Positions 25,271-36,031 of a DNA stretch of 64,000 bases are shown piece by piece. Both the position numbers and the translations under genes were made by a program. The notes under the pieces were generated by a model. That model worked only from the letters and a program-made list of their open reading frames with translations, did not search any database and was not told where the DNA came from. Source of the DNA: a virus; IMG/VR virus record IMGVR_UViG_3300025913_000001, positions 7,952 through 71,951 of that record; one strand, written 5' to 3'. The first letter of the stretch is position 1. Each line of letters starts with the position of its first letter.

Positions 25271-26053
25271 ATGCCAGCGAAGAAGGGGTTTTGGATTAAG
25301 AAAACTGGGTTGATTAAAGTAGATACTTCTTTAACTCCCAAAGAAAAAGCAACGTTTAGAAAGGTTGAAGTAGACAAGCCAATTCAACGCCTTAAAACAG
25401 AAGGTAAAAGTAGCAAGTATCTGAAAGGTGTTATTATTCCCGAACTTAAAAAACGTGCCGATCATTTTCGCTCTATTATAACCGTTTATGAACGTGTTAT
25501 AGCCCGTTTACAAGCAAGCACCGATGTATTGGTAAAACAAATTATGCAAGATTACCAAAATAAACTTGTAGTAGAACGAAAGAAAATAGTAAAAAAAAAC
25601 AGATTAAAAATAAGAATAGAGGTAGAGAGGCGTTTAAAATTACGGGTGGTTAATATGACAAAGAACAACGTTGCTGTTTATAATGGCATCGTCGGTCACA
25701 TGATAACAGAAAATTTTTGCTTTGAACATCAGATTAGTCCACGTGTATTGGGTTTGTTAACTTTCATATCTTTGCATACAACCGTACACAGAAACGATTT
25801 AACTTTATATAATCCCAATATCAAAGGCAATACTTTAACGAAGGTTATTAATGCCTTATTTGAAAAAAACTACATTCAAAGGGAAAAATATAGCATGTTC
25901 ATTTCGTTGGAAGGAAAGGTATTAATTGAAAAATATAAAAAGGCTTTTGAAAAACAGAAACGAACTATAAACAGAACTTTAGATGGAAAAGTCCCAGTCA
26001 AACGAAGGATCACCAATAAGACGCTTGGTATCGGCAATCAACCAAGTGCTTGA
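25271..26053 (+). CDS. Basic coiled-coil protein with C-terminal winged helix
   Basis: K/R-rich N half; LTKVINALFEKNYIQRE...ISLEGK MarR-like wing. Confidence 0.5.
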   Translation: MPAKKGFWIKKTGLIKVDTSLTPKEKATFRKVEVDKPIQRLKTEGKSSKYLKGVIIPELKKRADHFRSIITVYERVIARLQASTDVLVKQIMQDYQNKLVVERKKIVKKNRLKIRIEVERRLKLRVVNMTKNNVAVYNGIVGHMITENFCFEHQISPRVLGLLTFISLHTTVHRNDLTLYNPNIKGNTLTKVINALFEKNYIQREKYSMFISLEGKVLIEKYKKAFEKQKRTINRTLDGKVPVKRRITNKTLGIGNQPSA

Positions 26054-26333
26054 ACAATATGCTGAAAACTTAGAGCTATTGGCCGTTGGTAAAGAACCTG
26101 TCATATCGATAGATTATAAGACTTTGGATATGGCTATGAAATTTATTGATAAAACAGGTAACTTAGAGCAATTCGAGAAGTTTGCTAATGGTCAACCGTT
26201 GGGTAAGCTAAAAGTATTGCCAATAAGTAAAGAAGTTGACGAACCGGAAGTAGAAGAAATTAATTCTATTGGCAATACGCTCGAAGAAAGAATGAAGGTT
26301 GTCAAGAAAAAACTGAATGGAGTTAATAAATAA
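25983..26333 (+). CDS. Hypothetical protein, possible terminase small subunit
   Basis: Position overlapping the large terminase start; no diagnostic motif. Confidence 0.4.
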   Translation: MEKSQSNEGSPIRRLVSAINQVLEQYAENLELLAVGKEPVISIDYKTLDMAMKFIDKTGNLEQFEKFANGQPLGKLKVLPISKEVDEPEVEEINSIGNTLEERMKVVKKKLNGVNK

Positions 26334-28428
26334 AGATTGGAAAGTTGGTGAGCCTTTAGAATATGAACTACAGGGCATAGTTTACAAAACACCGCCAGTT
26401 CCAAAACTATCTACAATCCGAAATAGCAAAAAGAAACCCAAAGACCAAATTTGGGAAAGAGATTTATCCTACTTACAGTGGGATTGGAATACTGACCCAT
26501 CCAAAGGTCGCTTATGGGTAGACACTGCAAGTCCAGAACAACGAGCATGGTTTGATGCTGAACTGGAAAGAATATTGGTAGGTAGTTGGATCATGATTAA
26601 CGGACAACCCACGTTCTTTAATGCCGATTGTTACTTTTTTCACCAAAATTTTGTTCTTCAAGAAAATATCTATCCCACTTATAAAGACACTTCTCTCGAA
26701 TACTTTTATTTTTCAGAAGATTGTGAAAAAGACCCAGTTTTTGTTGGCGAGGTAGGGATTAAAGGTCGTCGTGTTGGCTTATCGTCAATGTCGGCATCTA
26801 AGAAACTACGCATACTACTTACAGAAGATAACACCTTGCAGGGTATCGTATCTAAAACAGGGGTGGATGCACAGGAAATGTTCTTTTTCGTTAAGAACGC
26901 AATGGAAAATCTATTGCCGTTTTTAATGCCTGATTTGAACAAGGTTACTGAAAGTGAAATACACGTAGCCAAGCCATCCAAAAAGATTACTGCAAAGAAT
27001 ACTAAAGCATCTGCCGACAAAGGTAAGAACAACCGTTTGGATTGGCGTGATACCTCTGAAAATGCTTATGACCAGTCAAGGCAACGGCACGTTACACTCG
27101 ATGAAGCAGGTAAATGGGCTAAAGTAAGCGTACTAATATGCTTGTCTAAGATTACTGAAACCTTAGTGGTTGGCGCATCAGTTGTTGGTTTTATATCCAT
27201 ATTCAGTACGGTTAATAAAGGCGATAAGGGCGGAGATAACTTTAGGGTTATTTGGGACGGTAGCGACCACGTGAACGGTAAAAAGGATATGTTCGGCAGA
27301 ACACGTACCAAACTTAAACGTTTCTTTTTAGCAGGTTATAGGGGTTTATTGGGATATGTAGGGAAGTATGGTGAATCCATAGTCGATACACCAACGCCAG
27401 AGCAAACAGAGTTTCTAAAAACCTATATCGATCCATCCACAGGAAAGTTAGCCTGTCCTAATCCATATATTGGTGCGAAAGAATACTTGATGGAGACACG
27501 CAAGATGTTAGCCAACGAACCTGAATTGCTTGCAGAAGAAATCCGTAAGTATCCTTTTGAATGGAAAGAAGTATTTAAGGGCGCTAATAACAAGTGTAAC
27601 TTTGATTTAGATGATCTGAATGAACAAATAAAACGAGTTGAAGATGAGTTATTGCGTGAAGGTAAAAGGGAAAACGGTCGTCGTGGTAAATTCAATGTTC
27701 GCTCCAATGGAGAGAAGTATTTTGAGGATAGCCCAAGTGGGATGTGGTACATCTTAGAGTTTCCTGAAAGAACAAATAAAACAGTCATCAAAGGAAGTAT
27801 CAAATGTCCAGATAACGGCGCTTTTGGTTGTGCGGGACTTGACCCATTTGCTAATGCCAAACACGCTATTGAAAAAGGCTCCGATGCTTGTTTGATGATA
27901 CACAAACGGTATGATGCTTTAGACCCCGATGGTTCAGGATATCCCTGTGCTATGTTCTTAGGCAGACCAAGTATTAAAGAAGAATTTCACGAACAAATCT
28001 ATTGGGGATTAGAGTATTTTGGCATACGTATGCTTGCTGAACGCACACCTACCGATTGGGAAGATTACGCTATTAAGAATAAATTGGCTTCACCTTTAGA
28101 TACACCCGGTAAATTACAAGGCTATTTAATTACTCGTAAACGGTATAACAATTCTGAGATATATGGCATCCCACCACAAGATAAAGAAGCCAGAGAACAG
28201 CACCTAACAGAAATGATTGAGTATGCCAAATTTAATATGCGCAAAATAAGGTTTATCCGGTTGTTGAGAGATATGTTAGAATTTGATATCGAAGAAAGGA
28301 CAGACTATGATGCGTGTATGGCATGGGGATATGCTTTGATGGGATTAAAGGAATATCAGGCTATTCAAAAATCTGAAATAAAGGTGAGGGAGTTTATGCG
28401 GTTGAAAAAAAGCAAGCAATATCATTGA
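26317..28428 (+). CDS. terL: Terminase large subunit
   Basis: KGRRVGLS Walker A variant, LDEAGKW Walker B, STVN, nuclease AGLDPF...GSD...YDACMA. Confidence 0.92.
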   Translation: MELINKDWKVGEPLEYELQGIVYKTPPVPKLSTIRNSKKKPKDQIWERDLSYLQWDWNTDPSKGRLWVDTASPEQRAWFDAELERILVGSWIMINGQPTFFNADCYFFHQNFVLQENIYPTYKDTSLEYFYFSEDCEKDPVFVGEVGIKGRRVGLSSMSASKKLRILLTEDNTLQGIVSKTGVDAQEMFFFVKNAMENLLPFLMPDLNKVTESEIHVAKPSKKITAKNTKASADKGKNNRLDWRDTSENAYDQSRQRHVTLDEAGKWAKVSVLICLSKITETLVVGASVVGFISIFSTVNKGDKGGDNFRVIWDGSDHVNGKKDMFGRTRTKLKRFFLAGYRGLLGYVGKYGESIVDTPTPEQTEFLKTYIDPSTGKLACPNPYIGAKEYLMETRKMLANEPELLAEEIRKYPFEWKEVFKGANNKCNFDLDDLNEQIKRVEDELLREGKRENGRRGKFNVRSNGEKYFEDSPSGMWYILEFPERTNKTVIKGSIKCPDNGAFGCAGLDPFANAKHAIEKGSDACLMIHKRYDALDPDGSGYPCAMFLGRPSIKEEFHEQIYWGLEYFGIRMLAERTPTDWEDYAIKNKLASPLDTPGKLQGYLITRKRYNNSEIYGIPPQDKEAREQHLTEMIEYAKFNMRKIRFIRLLRDMLEFDIEERTDYDACMAWGYALMGLKEYQAIQKSEIKVREFMRLKKSKQYH

Positions 28429-28449
28429 AAATTAACGTTAACTAAAAAT

Positions 28450-28457
28450 TACCTTTG
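28450..28457 (+). promoter_or_regulatory. Bacteroidota -7 promoter element before the portal gene
   Basis: TACCTTTG in a short intergenic gap. Confidence 0.5.
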
Positions 28458-28474
28458 TAAATAAATAATACACG

Positions 28475-30943
28475 ATGGCTTACAATGGCATAAGTTTACT
28501 TCCTAATATTTTAAGCAACGATACTGAAAAGGATAAAGCTTCTTTTGGGTTGCAACTTATGCAGGCAGCATACACTAATTGGAACACCGGATATAACGGT
28601 GAAACACGGTCAGGTAGGAAAGCCAGATTTGATTATAATCGATCATTTGCGATGGGAAAACAACCCATGCAAGAGTATAAAGATATCCTCGACTTAGACG
28701 GCGAAAATTCAGTCGTTCAGTTAATTTATGAACCACTACCCATTGCTATTCCCTTTGTTAACCGCTTAAAAGACCGTTATCTGCAACGTCAGGAAAAGAT
28801 AAGTTGTAACTCTATAGACCCATTTACTACCGAGAAAAAGAAAAAAGCCAAAGATAATGCTGTATTCAAGTTACAGAACAAAGAAAAGATACAAGCATTA
28901 CAGAATGCTGCTGGTGCGCAGATTGAAGAATTTGGTGATGATGACCCGCAGACGGTCAGAGAAATTGAGGTAGAGTACGGTTATAATTACAAAGAGCGTG
29001 AAGAAGTTATCATGCAGGAACTGATTAATATCGTTCTGTATGATAACGATTGGTCTGGTGTAATCAAAGAACGCATATTAGACGATTTGATTAACTGCGG
29101 TTATGCAGGTGTCAAAGTTTATTTGGATGGCAATGGACGCATTAAAATACGCTTTATACGACCCGAAAACTTTATTACATCCTACAGCGAGTGGAATGAT
29201 TTTAGAGATTGGGAATATCAAGGCGAGGTCTATTATAAGAAGATAACCGAAATAAGGTTACAATATGGTAATATCATCAGCGAGGAAGAGCTTTTTAGTT
29301 TAGCCCAAAACCATGTTGGCAAATACGGGAATCCAACTGACTTTAGCTTTGATTGGAACGAAAACTATCGTACTGCTTTGGCACGTCCCTATGACGGATG
29401 GCGAGTTGAAGTAGTTGAATTAGAGGTTAAGTCATTGTATAACCTGAAATATAAAACGGGTGAAGATAGATTTGGAAAGCAGACTTTAGATAGGATAAAT
29501 GTTGTTGTTGATAAAGATAAGACCTTGATGTCACAACCATACGATGTTTCCTATACGGGAGTAATGATAGCCGGAACGGAACACGTATTGGAGTGGGGAC
29601 TATCAAAGAATATGGTTAAGCCACAGGATAACCTACAAGAGATCATTTCTTCTTATGTGGTATATATGTATGGCAATCAGCAAATGGTGAATACACCAAT
29701 GATGCAGACCATGATACCATCAATCAAGAAAATGCAACTTATTGATCTGAAACAACAAAATATTATTGCCGCAGCAATGCCCGATGGTTATGATGTTGAT
29801 ATCTCTACGATGTCTGATATTGATTTAGGATTGGGAGAAGGCGTATTGAACCCGTTTGAACTTTATAAAATTAAAAAGCAAACAGGTATCGGATTTTACA
29901 AGAGATTGGAAGATGATGGTAGTGGACAGCGCAGAGAGCCTATTACGGCTAATAATGTACCATTTAGCGGTAAGTTAGAACAATTGCGTGGTGAGTGGAA
30001 CTCAGAGTACGATACACTACTTAAAATCACAGGGTCAAACAATTTGGACTCAGGTAACATCACCAACCAAGCTGTAAGCCAACAAGTCGTTAAACAAGCT
30101 CAACAAACAGGTGAAAGTGCTTCTAATTACATTTACAATAGTTTCTTGAATATCATGCAACGTGCCGCTAAGTTGGCGCAATTGCGTGGTTGGGATATCT
30201 TAGTATTTGGTAAGAAAGACGGAGTAAAATATTATGATGGATACCGTCAGGCTTTAGGCACACAAAAGATAGAATACTTGAAGTTAGAGGCAACAGACGA
30301 CTTCGAGAAAACTAATTTTGACGTTCAAATAAAAACGATTATCGACGATCAAGAGCAAATGTTCTTAGAGCAAAATATTGCAGCGGCATTAAGCCAAAAG
30401 GAAATTACATTAGCCGATGCTATTGATGTACGTAAGTTAGCTTTGATAGACGCTGATTATGCAAGTTATATGCTTGCCGCACGTATTGAGCGCAGGAAAC
30501 AAGAGCAACAGAAAATTGCCGCTCAAAACTCACAAGATAATACTCAAGCAGCCATTGCCGCAGCGCAAACTAAGTCACAAGGCGAGATACAATTGGAAAC
30601 AGTTAGAGCGCAATTGAAGTCAGCAGAACTGGATAAACAGTTTGAACAAGCAAAAGAGTTGGAGATATTGAAATCTGTAAATAACATCAAGCAAGAAATT
30701 GCTAAAGGAGTATTGGCCGAACCGGGCAAATCAATCAAAGACTTGCCGAAAGAAATATTAGATGGTATAGGTATCGTTGACCAAAGCGAAAATATGATTA
30801 TGGTGAATGCTATCCATCAGCAACAGGATGCTATGATGGCACAGCAACAAGCAGCCCAAGCACAAGCCCAACAACAGCAAATGGCACAGCAAGACCCTAA
30901 TCAACAACCACAACAAGAACAGCCGCAGCCACAAGCAGCATAG
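28475..30943 (+). CDS. Portal protein (crAss-like)
   Basis: 822 aa directly after terL; RSFAMGKQPMQEYK, PLPIAIPFVN, YQGEVYYKKITEIR; Q-rich tail. Confidence 0.85.
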   Translation: MAYNGISLLPNILSNDTEKDKASFGLQLMQAAYTNWNTGYNGETRSGRKARFDYNRSFAMGKQPMQEYKDILDLDGENSVVQLIYEPLPIAIPFVNRLKDRYLQRQEKISCNSIDPFTTEKKKKAKDNAVFKLQNKEKIQALQNAAGAQIEEFGDDDPQTVREIEVEYGYNYKEREEVIMQELINIVLYDNDWSGVIKERILDDLINCGYAGVKVYLDGNGRIKIRFIRPENFITSYSEWNDFRDWEYQGEVYYKKITEIRLQYGNIISEEELFSLAQNHVGKYGNPTDFSFDWNENYRTALARPYDGWRVEVVELEVKSLYNLKYKTGEDRFGKQTLDRINVVVDKDKTLMSQPYDVSYTGVMIAGTEHVLEWGLSKNMVKPQDNLQEIISSYVVYMYGNQQMVNTPMMQTMIPSIKKMQLIDLKQQNIIAAAMPDGYDVDISTMSDIDLGLGEGVLNPFELYKIKKQTGIGFYKRLEDDGSGQRREPITANNVPFSGKLEQLRGEWNSEYDTLLKITGSNNLDSGNITNQAVSQQVVKQAQQTGESASNYIYNSFLNIMQRAAKLAQLRGWDILVFGKKDGVKYYDGYRQALGTQKIEYLKLEATDDFEKTNFDVQIKTIIDDQEQMFLEQNIAAALSQKEITLADAIDVRKLALIDADYASYMLAARIERRKQEQQKIAAQNSQDNTQAAIAAAQTKSQGEIQLETVRAQLKSAELDKQFEQAKELEILKSVNNIKQEIAKGVLAEPGKSIKDLPKEILDGIGIVDQSENMIMVNAIHQQQDAMMAQQQAAQAQAQQQQMAQQDPNQQPQQEQPQPQAA

Positions 30944-31010
30944 TCAAAAAAACATTAAAAAAGGTGTTTACCTTTATATCACATTTTAAACACAGAAAAA
31001 AGAAAACAAT

Positions 31011-32063
31011 ATGAGTGATTACATGGGAATGGGTACTGAATCAGGTGTAGTTGATACACCAATTGTAGAAGCACCCACAACAGAACCAATTACACCAGTG
31101 GCTACCACTGAACCTGCCGTAGCAGAACCTGTTACGCCAACCACAGAACCCGTAACAGCGGTCACAGCAGAACCAAAGATTGTAGAAAAGGTAATTGAAA
31201 AAATCGTAGAAAAGTATCCTGAATTTAAAGACGATAACGCCAAGCAATTGTTTGAGCGTTTTGTTGATGGCGATACCGATGCGGTTTACAACTATTTATC
31301 GGAAATCAAAAAGAACTACGATACGATGTCGTCGTTAGACGTGGTTCGTCAAGGTTTGGCTAAAAAGAACCCGCAATGGAGTAAAGACGAGGTGGAATTG
31401 GAAATCAGGGCAGAATATGGCAGCCAATTGGAGAAATATGATTTATCAGCTATTGATAAAGAACTTGACCCCGAAGCCTATAAAGAGGCAGTTGAACATA
31501 ATAACCGTGCTGATGCTAATTTACTAAAGTTAGAGCGGGACGCACGTGATCACCGGCACGCCCTTAAAGAAGCGCAAAAAACAGTAGAACTACCGAAAAT
31601 AAAGAAAGAGGAAACAACCGTTCCAGAACCTCAACCACTGACACAAGAGCAGATTGACGAATCTAAACGACTGTGGGTAGAGGCGGCGACTAACCAAGTT
31701 CCGGCACTTGCTGATTTTAAATTTCAAGTTGGTACTAAAGAACAACCCGAGGATGTGGTTTTCGCTATTACCGATGAGGATAGGGCAGCACGCACCGAAG
31801 CTATGAAGTCATGGAATGGTAAAGACTTTATGGCGAATCGTGGTTGGACTAATGAAGATGGGTCATTTAATTTGCTAAAGATTGCCGAGGATGTGCATAC
31901 TTTGGAGAATTTACCCAAAATCATAAAATCCATCCACACACAAGCGAAAAACGCTACCGTCAAAGAAGTTGTTTCTGATATCAAAAACGTTGACCTTTCA
32001 AAGAATCAGTCTAATGCTGTATTTGCTGAAAGTGGCGATGTTACAGGTGGCTATTGGAATTAA
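31011..32063 (+). CDS. Probable scaffolding protein
   Basis: Acidic, P/T/E-rich N-terminus and coiled coil; between portal and MCP. Confidence 0.65.
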   Translation: MSDYMGMGTESGVVDTPIVEAPTTEPITPVATTEPAVAEPVTPTTEPVTAVTAEPKIVEKVIEKIVEKYPEFKDDNAKQLFERFVDGDTDAVYNYLSEIKKNYDTMSSLDVVRQGLAKKNPQWSKDEVELEIRAEYGSQLEKYDLSAIDKELDPEAYKEAVEHNNRADANLLKLERDARDHRHALKEAQKTVELPKIKKEETTVPEPQPLTQEQIDESKRLWVEAATNQVPALADFKFQVGTKEQPEDVVFAITDEDRAARTEAMKSWNGKDFMANRGWTNEDGSFNLLKIAEDVHTLENLPKIIKSIHTQAKNATVKEVVSDIKNVDLSKNQSNAVFAESGDVTGGYWN

Positions 32064-32096
32064 CTAAATTAACAACGACTTTAAAAACTAAAAACA

Positions 32097-33455
32097 ATGA
32101 GTATAATATCTCCTGTTCAAACTCCTGCTAATTACTCCGATGCATCGATAACCCGCTACGGACTGATTAGCGGACTTAACATCGTAACGGTTGCCCCTTA
32201 CGACAAATTCGTGGAAACACGCAACTTCGTGCCTTATGTACTCGTAAATGAGTTGGCGGGTAACGTAGAGAAAGTTACTGCCAACAAGCAGTTCTTATGG
32301 TATCAAAATAGAGGCTCATACATGGGTTTTGTTACTTCGGCAGGTGCGGTAACTGTATCAGCAGGTGCATCAGCAACAATCACTGTAGGCGCAGGTGCTT
32401 ACTCACAAGCTGGCACAAAATCACTACCTGCCGTTGGGATGATATTTTATAACTCCCGTACTGGCGTAGAGAGCCGTGTGACCTCTGTAAACACCGCAAC
32501 ACCTAATGCGCATACATTTGCCATGACACCAGTTGTATTGGCTCAGAACGCCTCTACATTAGCAGGTGACGAACTACTTGGCCGTGGGTTTAAATACTTG
32601 GGTGAGCAATCAGATAAAACCGCTACCATCATCCGTAACATTGACAAGTACAGTAACTATTGTACTCAGTTACGTAAAGACAGTACTATCGGTGACTTGT
32701 CTGATGCAGAGCGTGTCGATTTTATGACTAATGGTCAACACTCGTTTACCTACAAACAAAAACAAGACGACGACTTGTCGCTGTTGTTAGAGCGTGAGTT
32801 CCTGATTATGGAATCAACCCAAACCAACAACTTGCCATACACTGAAGAAGGTACTAATGGTATCATCACTCAAGTACAGGCTAACGGCATCAACGGTAAC
32901 TACAATACTTGGGGTGTAACTACTACTTTCGCACAATTAGAACGTGCTTTAAGTGCTGTAGGCGCACCGAAAGAATATGACGTGTTATCGGATAACCAAT
33001 CTTATATTGAAATGCAAAACTCAATATTCACCGAAATCAACAACGGTGCGATTGTTTATGCTGACAATGCCGGAAAACGTGGCGGTATCGACCTGTCAAG
33101 GGACTTTGATTCGTTGAAGATTTACAAACGTAAATACAACTTCACCAATTATGGTCTGTTTGATGAGCAAGCGATGTACAGTTCATCGGGTTTAGGTAAA
33201 CGTTATAGGTTTTCTTTGTTTATCCCACAAGGTAAAACAAACGCCACTAACGAAGCCGGAACTACCGTAACTGTACCACGTCTTCAAATTACCTACCAAA
33301 CACCTTTTGGCGGTAACAAATGGCACATGGCAGAAAACGGCTTGTTCGCAAGCACCCCTACTTCAACCAAAGCTGAAAAAGTGTTTACCACTATCGGCTA
33401 TTTTGGAGTTAAAGTTGCGGGTGCGCAACAATATGCGGTCATGCAAGGCTTGTAA
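32097..33455 (+). CDS. Major capsid protein
   Basis: 452 aa after the scaffold; NYCTQLRKD, EGTNGIITQV; followed by a terminator hairpin. Confidence 0.85.
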   Translation: MSIISPVQTPANYSDASITRYGLISGLNIVTVAPYDKFVETRNFVPYVLVNELAGNVEKVTANKQFLWYQNRGSYMGFVTSAGAVTVSAGASATITVGAGAYSQAGTKSLPAVGMIFYNSRTGVESRVTSVNTATPNAHTFAMTPVVLAQNASTLAGDELLGRGFKYLGEQSDKTATIIRNIDKYSNYCTQLRKDSTIGDLSDAERVDFMTNGQHSFTYKQKQDDDLSLLLEREFLIMESTQTNNLPYTEEGTNGIITQVQANGINGNYNTWGVTTTFAQLERALSAVGAPKEYDVLSDNQSYIEMQNSIFTEINNGAIVYADNAGKRGGIDLSRDFDSLKIYKRKYNFTNYGLFDEQAMYSSSGLGKRYRFSLFIPQGKTNATNEAGTTVTVPRLQITYQTPFGGNKWHMAENGLFASTPTSTKAEKVFTTIGYFGVKVAGAQQYAVMQGL

Positions 33456-33475
33456 AATGTAATCCATAAAATAGA

Positions 33476-33512
33476 TAAATCCCCTTCAATTTCTTGTTGG
33501 GGATTTATTTTT
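33476..33512 (+). terminator. Terminator after the MCP gene
   Basis: ATAAATCCCC/GGGGATTTAT plus T run. Confidence 0.65.
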
Positions 33513-33526
33513 ACCTATCTTTAGAT

Positions 33527-34048
33527 ATGGAAATATTTAAAGCAATACAAGGATACGAAGGTTTGTATGAAATATCAAATCTTGGAGTGGTAAAAAGTTT
33601 ACCTAAAGAAAGAGTGTTTGGCAATAGAACATTTTTAACGAAAGAAAAAACACTTAAACAAAGAATACATGACGGATATTATCGTGTGAACTTGTGCGGA
33701 GTTGGTAAAATGAAAACATTTAACGTTCATTTATTAGTTATAAGAGCGTTTGTGCCAAAAGAAGAAGATAAAAACTTTGCTAACCATAAGGACTTTAATA
33801 AGCTAAACAACCATTTTGAAAATTTAGAATGGGTTACTACAAGTGAGAATAATTCGCATAGGCATATAAATAAAGGCAAAAAGACCTCAAAATATGTAGG
33901 TGTATGCAAGAGTAAAAATTCATTTGCCTCTCGATTATGCTTAAACGGAAAACAAGTTAATATAGGTTCATTTAATAATGAAGAAGATGCTTATAAAGCC
34001 GTTGTAAACTTTACAACCACAAATAACATAGTAAATAAATACATTTAA
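33527..34048 (+). CDS. NUMOD4-HNH-AP2 homing endonuclease
   Basis: IQGYEGLYEISNLG, VHLLV...NHKDFNKLNNHFENLEW, SKYVGV...NIGSFNNEEDA. Confidence 0.9.
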   Translation: MEIFKAIQGYEGLYEISNLGVVKSLPKERVFGNRTFLTKEKTLKQRIHDGYYRVNLCGVGKMKTFNVHLLVIRAFVPKEEDKNFANHKDFNKLNNHFENLEWVTTSENNSHRHINKGKKTSKYVGVCKSKNSFASRLCLNGKQVNIGSFNNEEDAYKAVVNFTTTNNIVNKYI

Positions 34049-34071
34049 AAACAAGAAGAAAAATTAATTTT

Positions 34072-35040
34072 ATGGAAACAGAAGAAAAAAAACCACACTG
34101 GACACAGTTAAAGAAGATGCAAGAAGCAAAAGCAGCGGAGGAACAACCTAAAAAGTTTGTTGTTCCCCAACCAAAGAAAAAAGAAAAATGGGATATTGCA
34201 AAGCGATACCAATTTAAACTATCGCAAGTGTACGATGCGGCAAAGCCTCGTGATGCTGATACCAACGAGATATTGGATAATCCATACCCACCGACATACC
34301 TTTGGGTAAATTCAGGTGTGGCTATTAACCCGGAAACAAATGAGGTAGAGAACTGGCGATATGTATATGGTTATAGTTCTATTTGGGTTAAAGACCAACA
34401 AAAGCCAGAGCCATCCAAACAGCAATTGGAAAATCCCAAGAACGACATCGTGTTTAAAAACGGGTCGCTATTCGTGAATGGCAATAACAAAGCCTTGTTA
34501 GAGGCATTAACCGTACAGGATGCTTTTGAGGGTGTAGAAAACCCTATTAACAATATGCCGTTCATTTATGGTTTAGTTGATGAGAATAAAAACCGGGAGC
34601 GTGTACGTAGCGAAGCAGATATGGCTTACTTAGCTGAGAAATCGGCTCGTGAGGCAACTTTAGAGCAAATGGTGCCAGTAGCCATGCACTTTGGTATTGA
34701 CGTAACCGATCCTGACGAAAACGAAGATCGTATCAGGACAGAGTTTATCCTAAAAGCTAAAGCGATGCCTCGTGAATTTAGCAACCAGTTTACTAATCCT
34801 AAAAATGAGTACAAGTACAACATTGTACAGGCTTTGCAATTAGGTATTATATCGGCTGATAAGATTCCGGGTAAAATGGTATTGAATGACACAGGTGCAG
34901 TTTACTTCGATGTTAAAATTGGCGATGACGTAGCAGACCAATTTGCGTCACTGATGATGATAAGAAACGATAAGGCAATTAAGCTTTATAGTCAAATTGA
35001 AAACATACTTGCAGGAAGCAATTTCGAGGTAACGCAATAA
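34072..35040 (+). CDS. Head-associated/hypothetical protein following the MCP
   Basis: 322 aa; WRY...SIWVKDQ, IVFKNGSLFV; position typical of crAss-like modules. Confidence 0.6.
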   Translation: METEEKKPHWTQLKKMQEAKAAEEQPKKFVVPQPKKKEKWDIAKRYQFKLSQVYDAAKPRDADTNEILDNPYPPTYLWVNSGVAINPETNEVENWRYVYGYSSIWVKDQQKPEPSKQQLENPKNDIVFKNGSLFVNGNNKALLEALTVQDAFEGVENPINNMPFIYGLVDENKNRERVRSEADMAYLAEKSAREATLEQMVPVAMHFGIDVTDPDENEDRIRTEFILKAKAMPREFSNQFTNPKNEYKYNIVQALQLGIISADKIPGKMVLNDTGAVYFDVKIGDDVADQFASLMMIRNDKAIKLYSQIENILAGSNFEVTQ

Positions 35041-35063
35041 TTTTCTTCTGTGTTTTCTAAATG

Positions 35064-35096
35064 TAAGGGGTTGGTATAAATACTGATCCCTTTTTT
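35064..35096 (+). terminator. Intrinsic terminator
   Basis: AAGGGGTTGGTAT/ATACTGATCCCTT plus T run. Confidence 0.65.
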
Positions 35097-35134
35097 GCTT
35101 TAAATAGATATGAGTAAAGCATTATCTTTGTTGT

Positions 35135-36031
35135 ATGGCAACGATAGACCAATGTTATAAATTATTGAAGTATAGGGGTAATAAATCGGCTTATTTGTCG
35201 AATATATCACCAGATGATTTTAATTTGCTTTGGCCGCAAGCAGAGTTGAGATTTTTCAATTCAAAATATAAGGAATATGGGATTACCAAAAAGGTTAATG
35301 ATACCATATCTAAAGTAAAATCAGACCCCTTAACTATAACCATTGATAATGCGGGTAAATACGTGTTTCCAGCAGATATGTTGCATGAAAGCAGTGTGAC
35401 ATACATTTATGAAGGTACGCAAGTTGAAGTTGTAGAGGTAGCAGATGACAGGCTTGCTAACTTGCTATCATCTGCTTATGAATACCCCACATCAGAGTTT
35501 CCTATTTACGTTCGTTATAAGACATACCTACAGTTTTATCCTATCAATTTAGGCAATGCCATATTAACGTACCTTAAACAGCCTGTATCGAGCTTTTGGG
35601 GGTATAATATCAGTGGGTCTATTTTAACAACTTCAAGTCTTACAGGCGGAGCGACTTATACGAATGGTACTTATACAAACGTACCGCTTACTGGTGGCAC
35701 AGGTAAGGGCGCACAAGCTACTATCGTAGTTGCAGGGGCGGTAGTTACTACAGTTACGATAACCAATACAGGAAGTGGCTACATCGTTGGAGATTTATTA
35801 TCGGCAGCATCAAGTAACATTGGTGGTACGGGCAGTGGCTTTACGGTGACAGTAGCTACTATTTCAGGTTCACGTAATCCTGTATATAATCCCTCAACAT
35901 CTGTTAATCCTGTTTATTCCGATACCGACATTGATGCGATATGCTATTTGATATTACAAGACTTTGGGGTTAACGTTCGTGACCAAGAAGTAGAGAATTT
36001 TGCTTTAACACAATCTAAAATTAACGCATAA
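35135..36031 (+). CDS. Tail ring/adaptor protein with an inserted G/T-rich domain
   Basis: ISPDDFN...AEL, YLKQP ring-protein motifs; upstream TATCTTTG. Confidence 0.65.
   Translation: MATIDQCYKLLKYRGNKSAYLSNISPDDFNLLWPQAELRFFNSKYKEYGITKKVNDTISKVKSDPLTITIDNAGKYVFPADMLHESSVTYIYEGTQVEVVEVADDRLANLLSSAYEYPTSEFPIYVRYKTYLQFYPINLGNAILTYLKQPVSSFWGYNISGSILTTSSLTGGATYTNGTYTNVPLTGGTGKGAQATIVVAGAVVTTVTITNTGSGYIVGDLLSAASSNIGGTGSGFTVTVATISGSRNPVYNPSTSVNPVYSDTDIDAICYLILQDFGVNVRDQEVENFALTQSKINA

Noticed and set aside
30810-30943. CAA/CAG-rich repeat-like tract
   Set aside because: Low-complexity Gln-rich portal tail, common in podovirus-type portals
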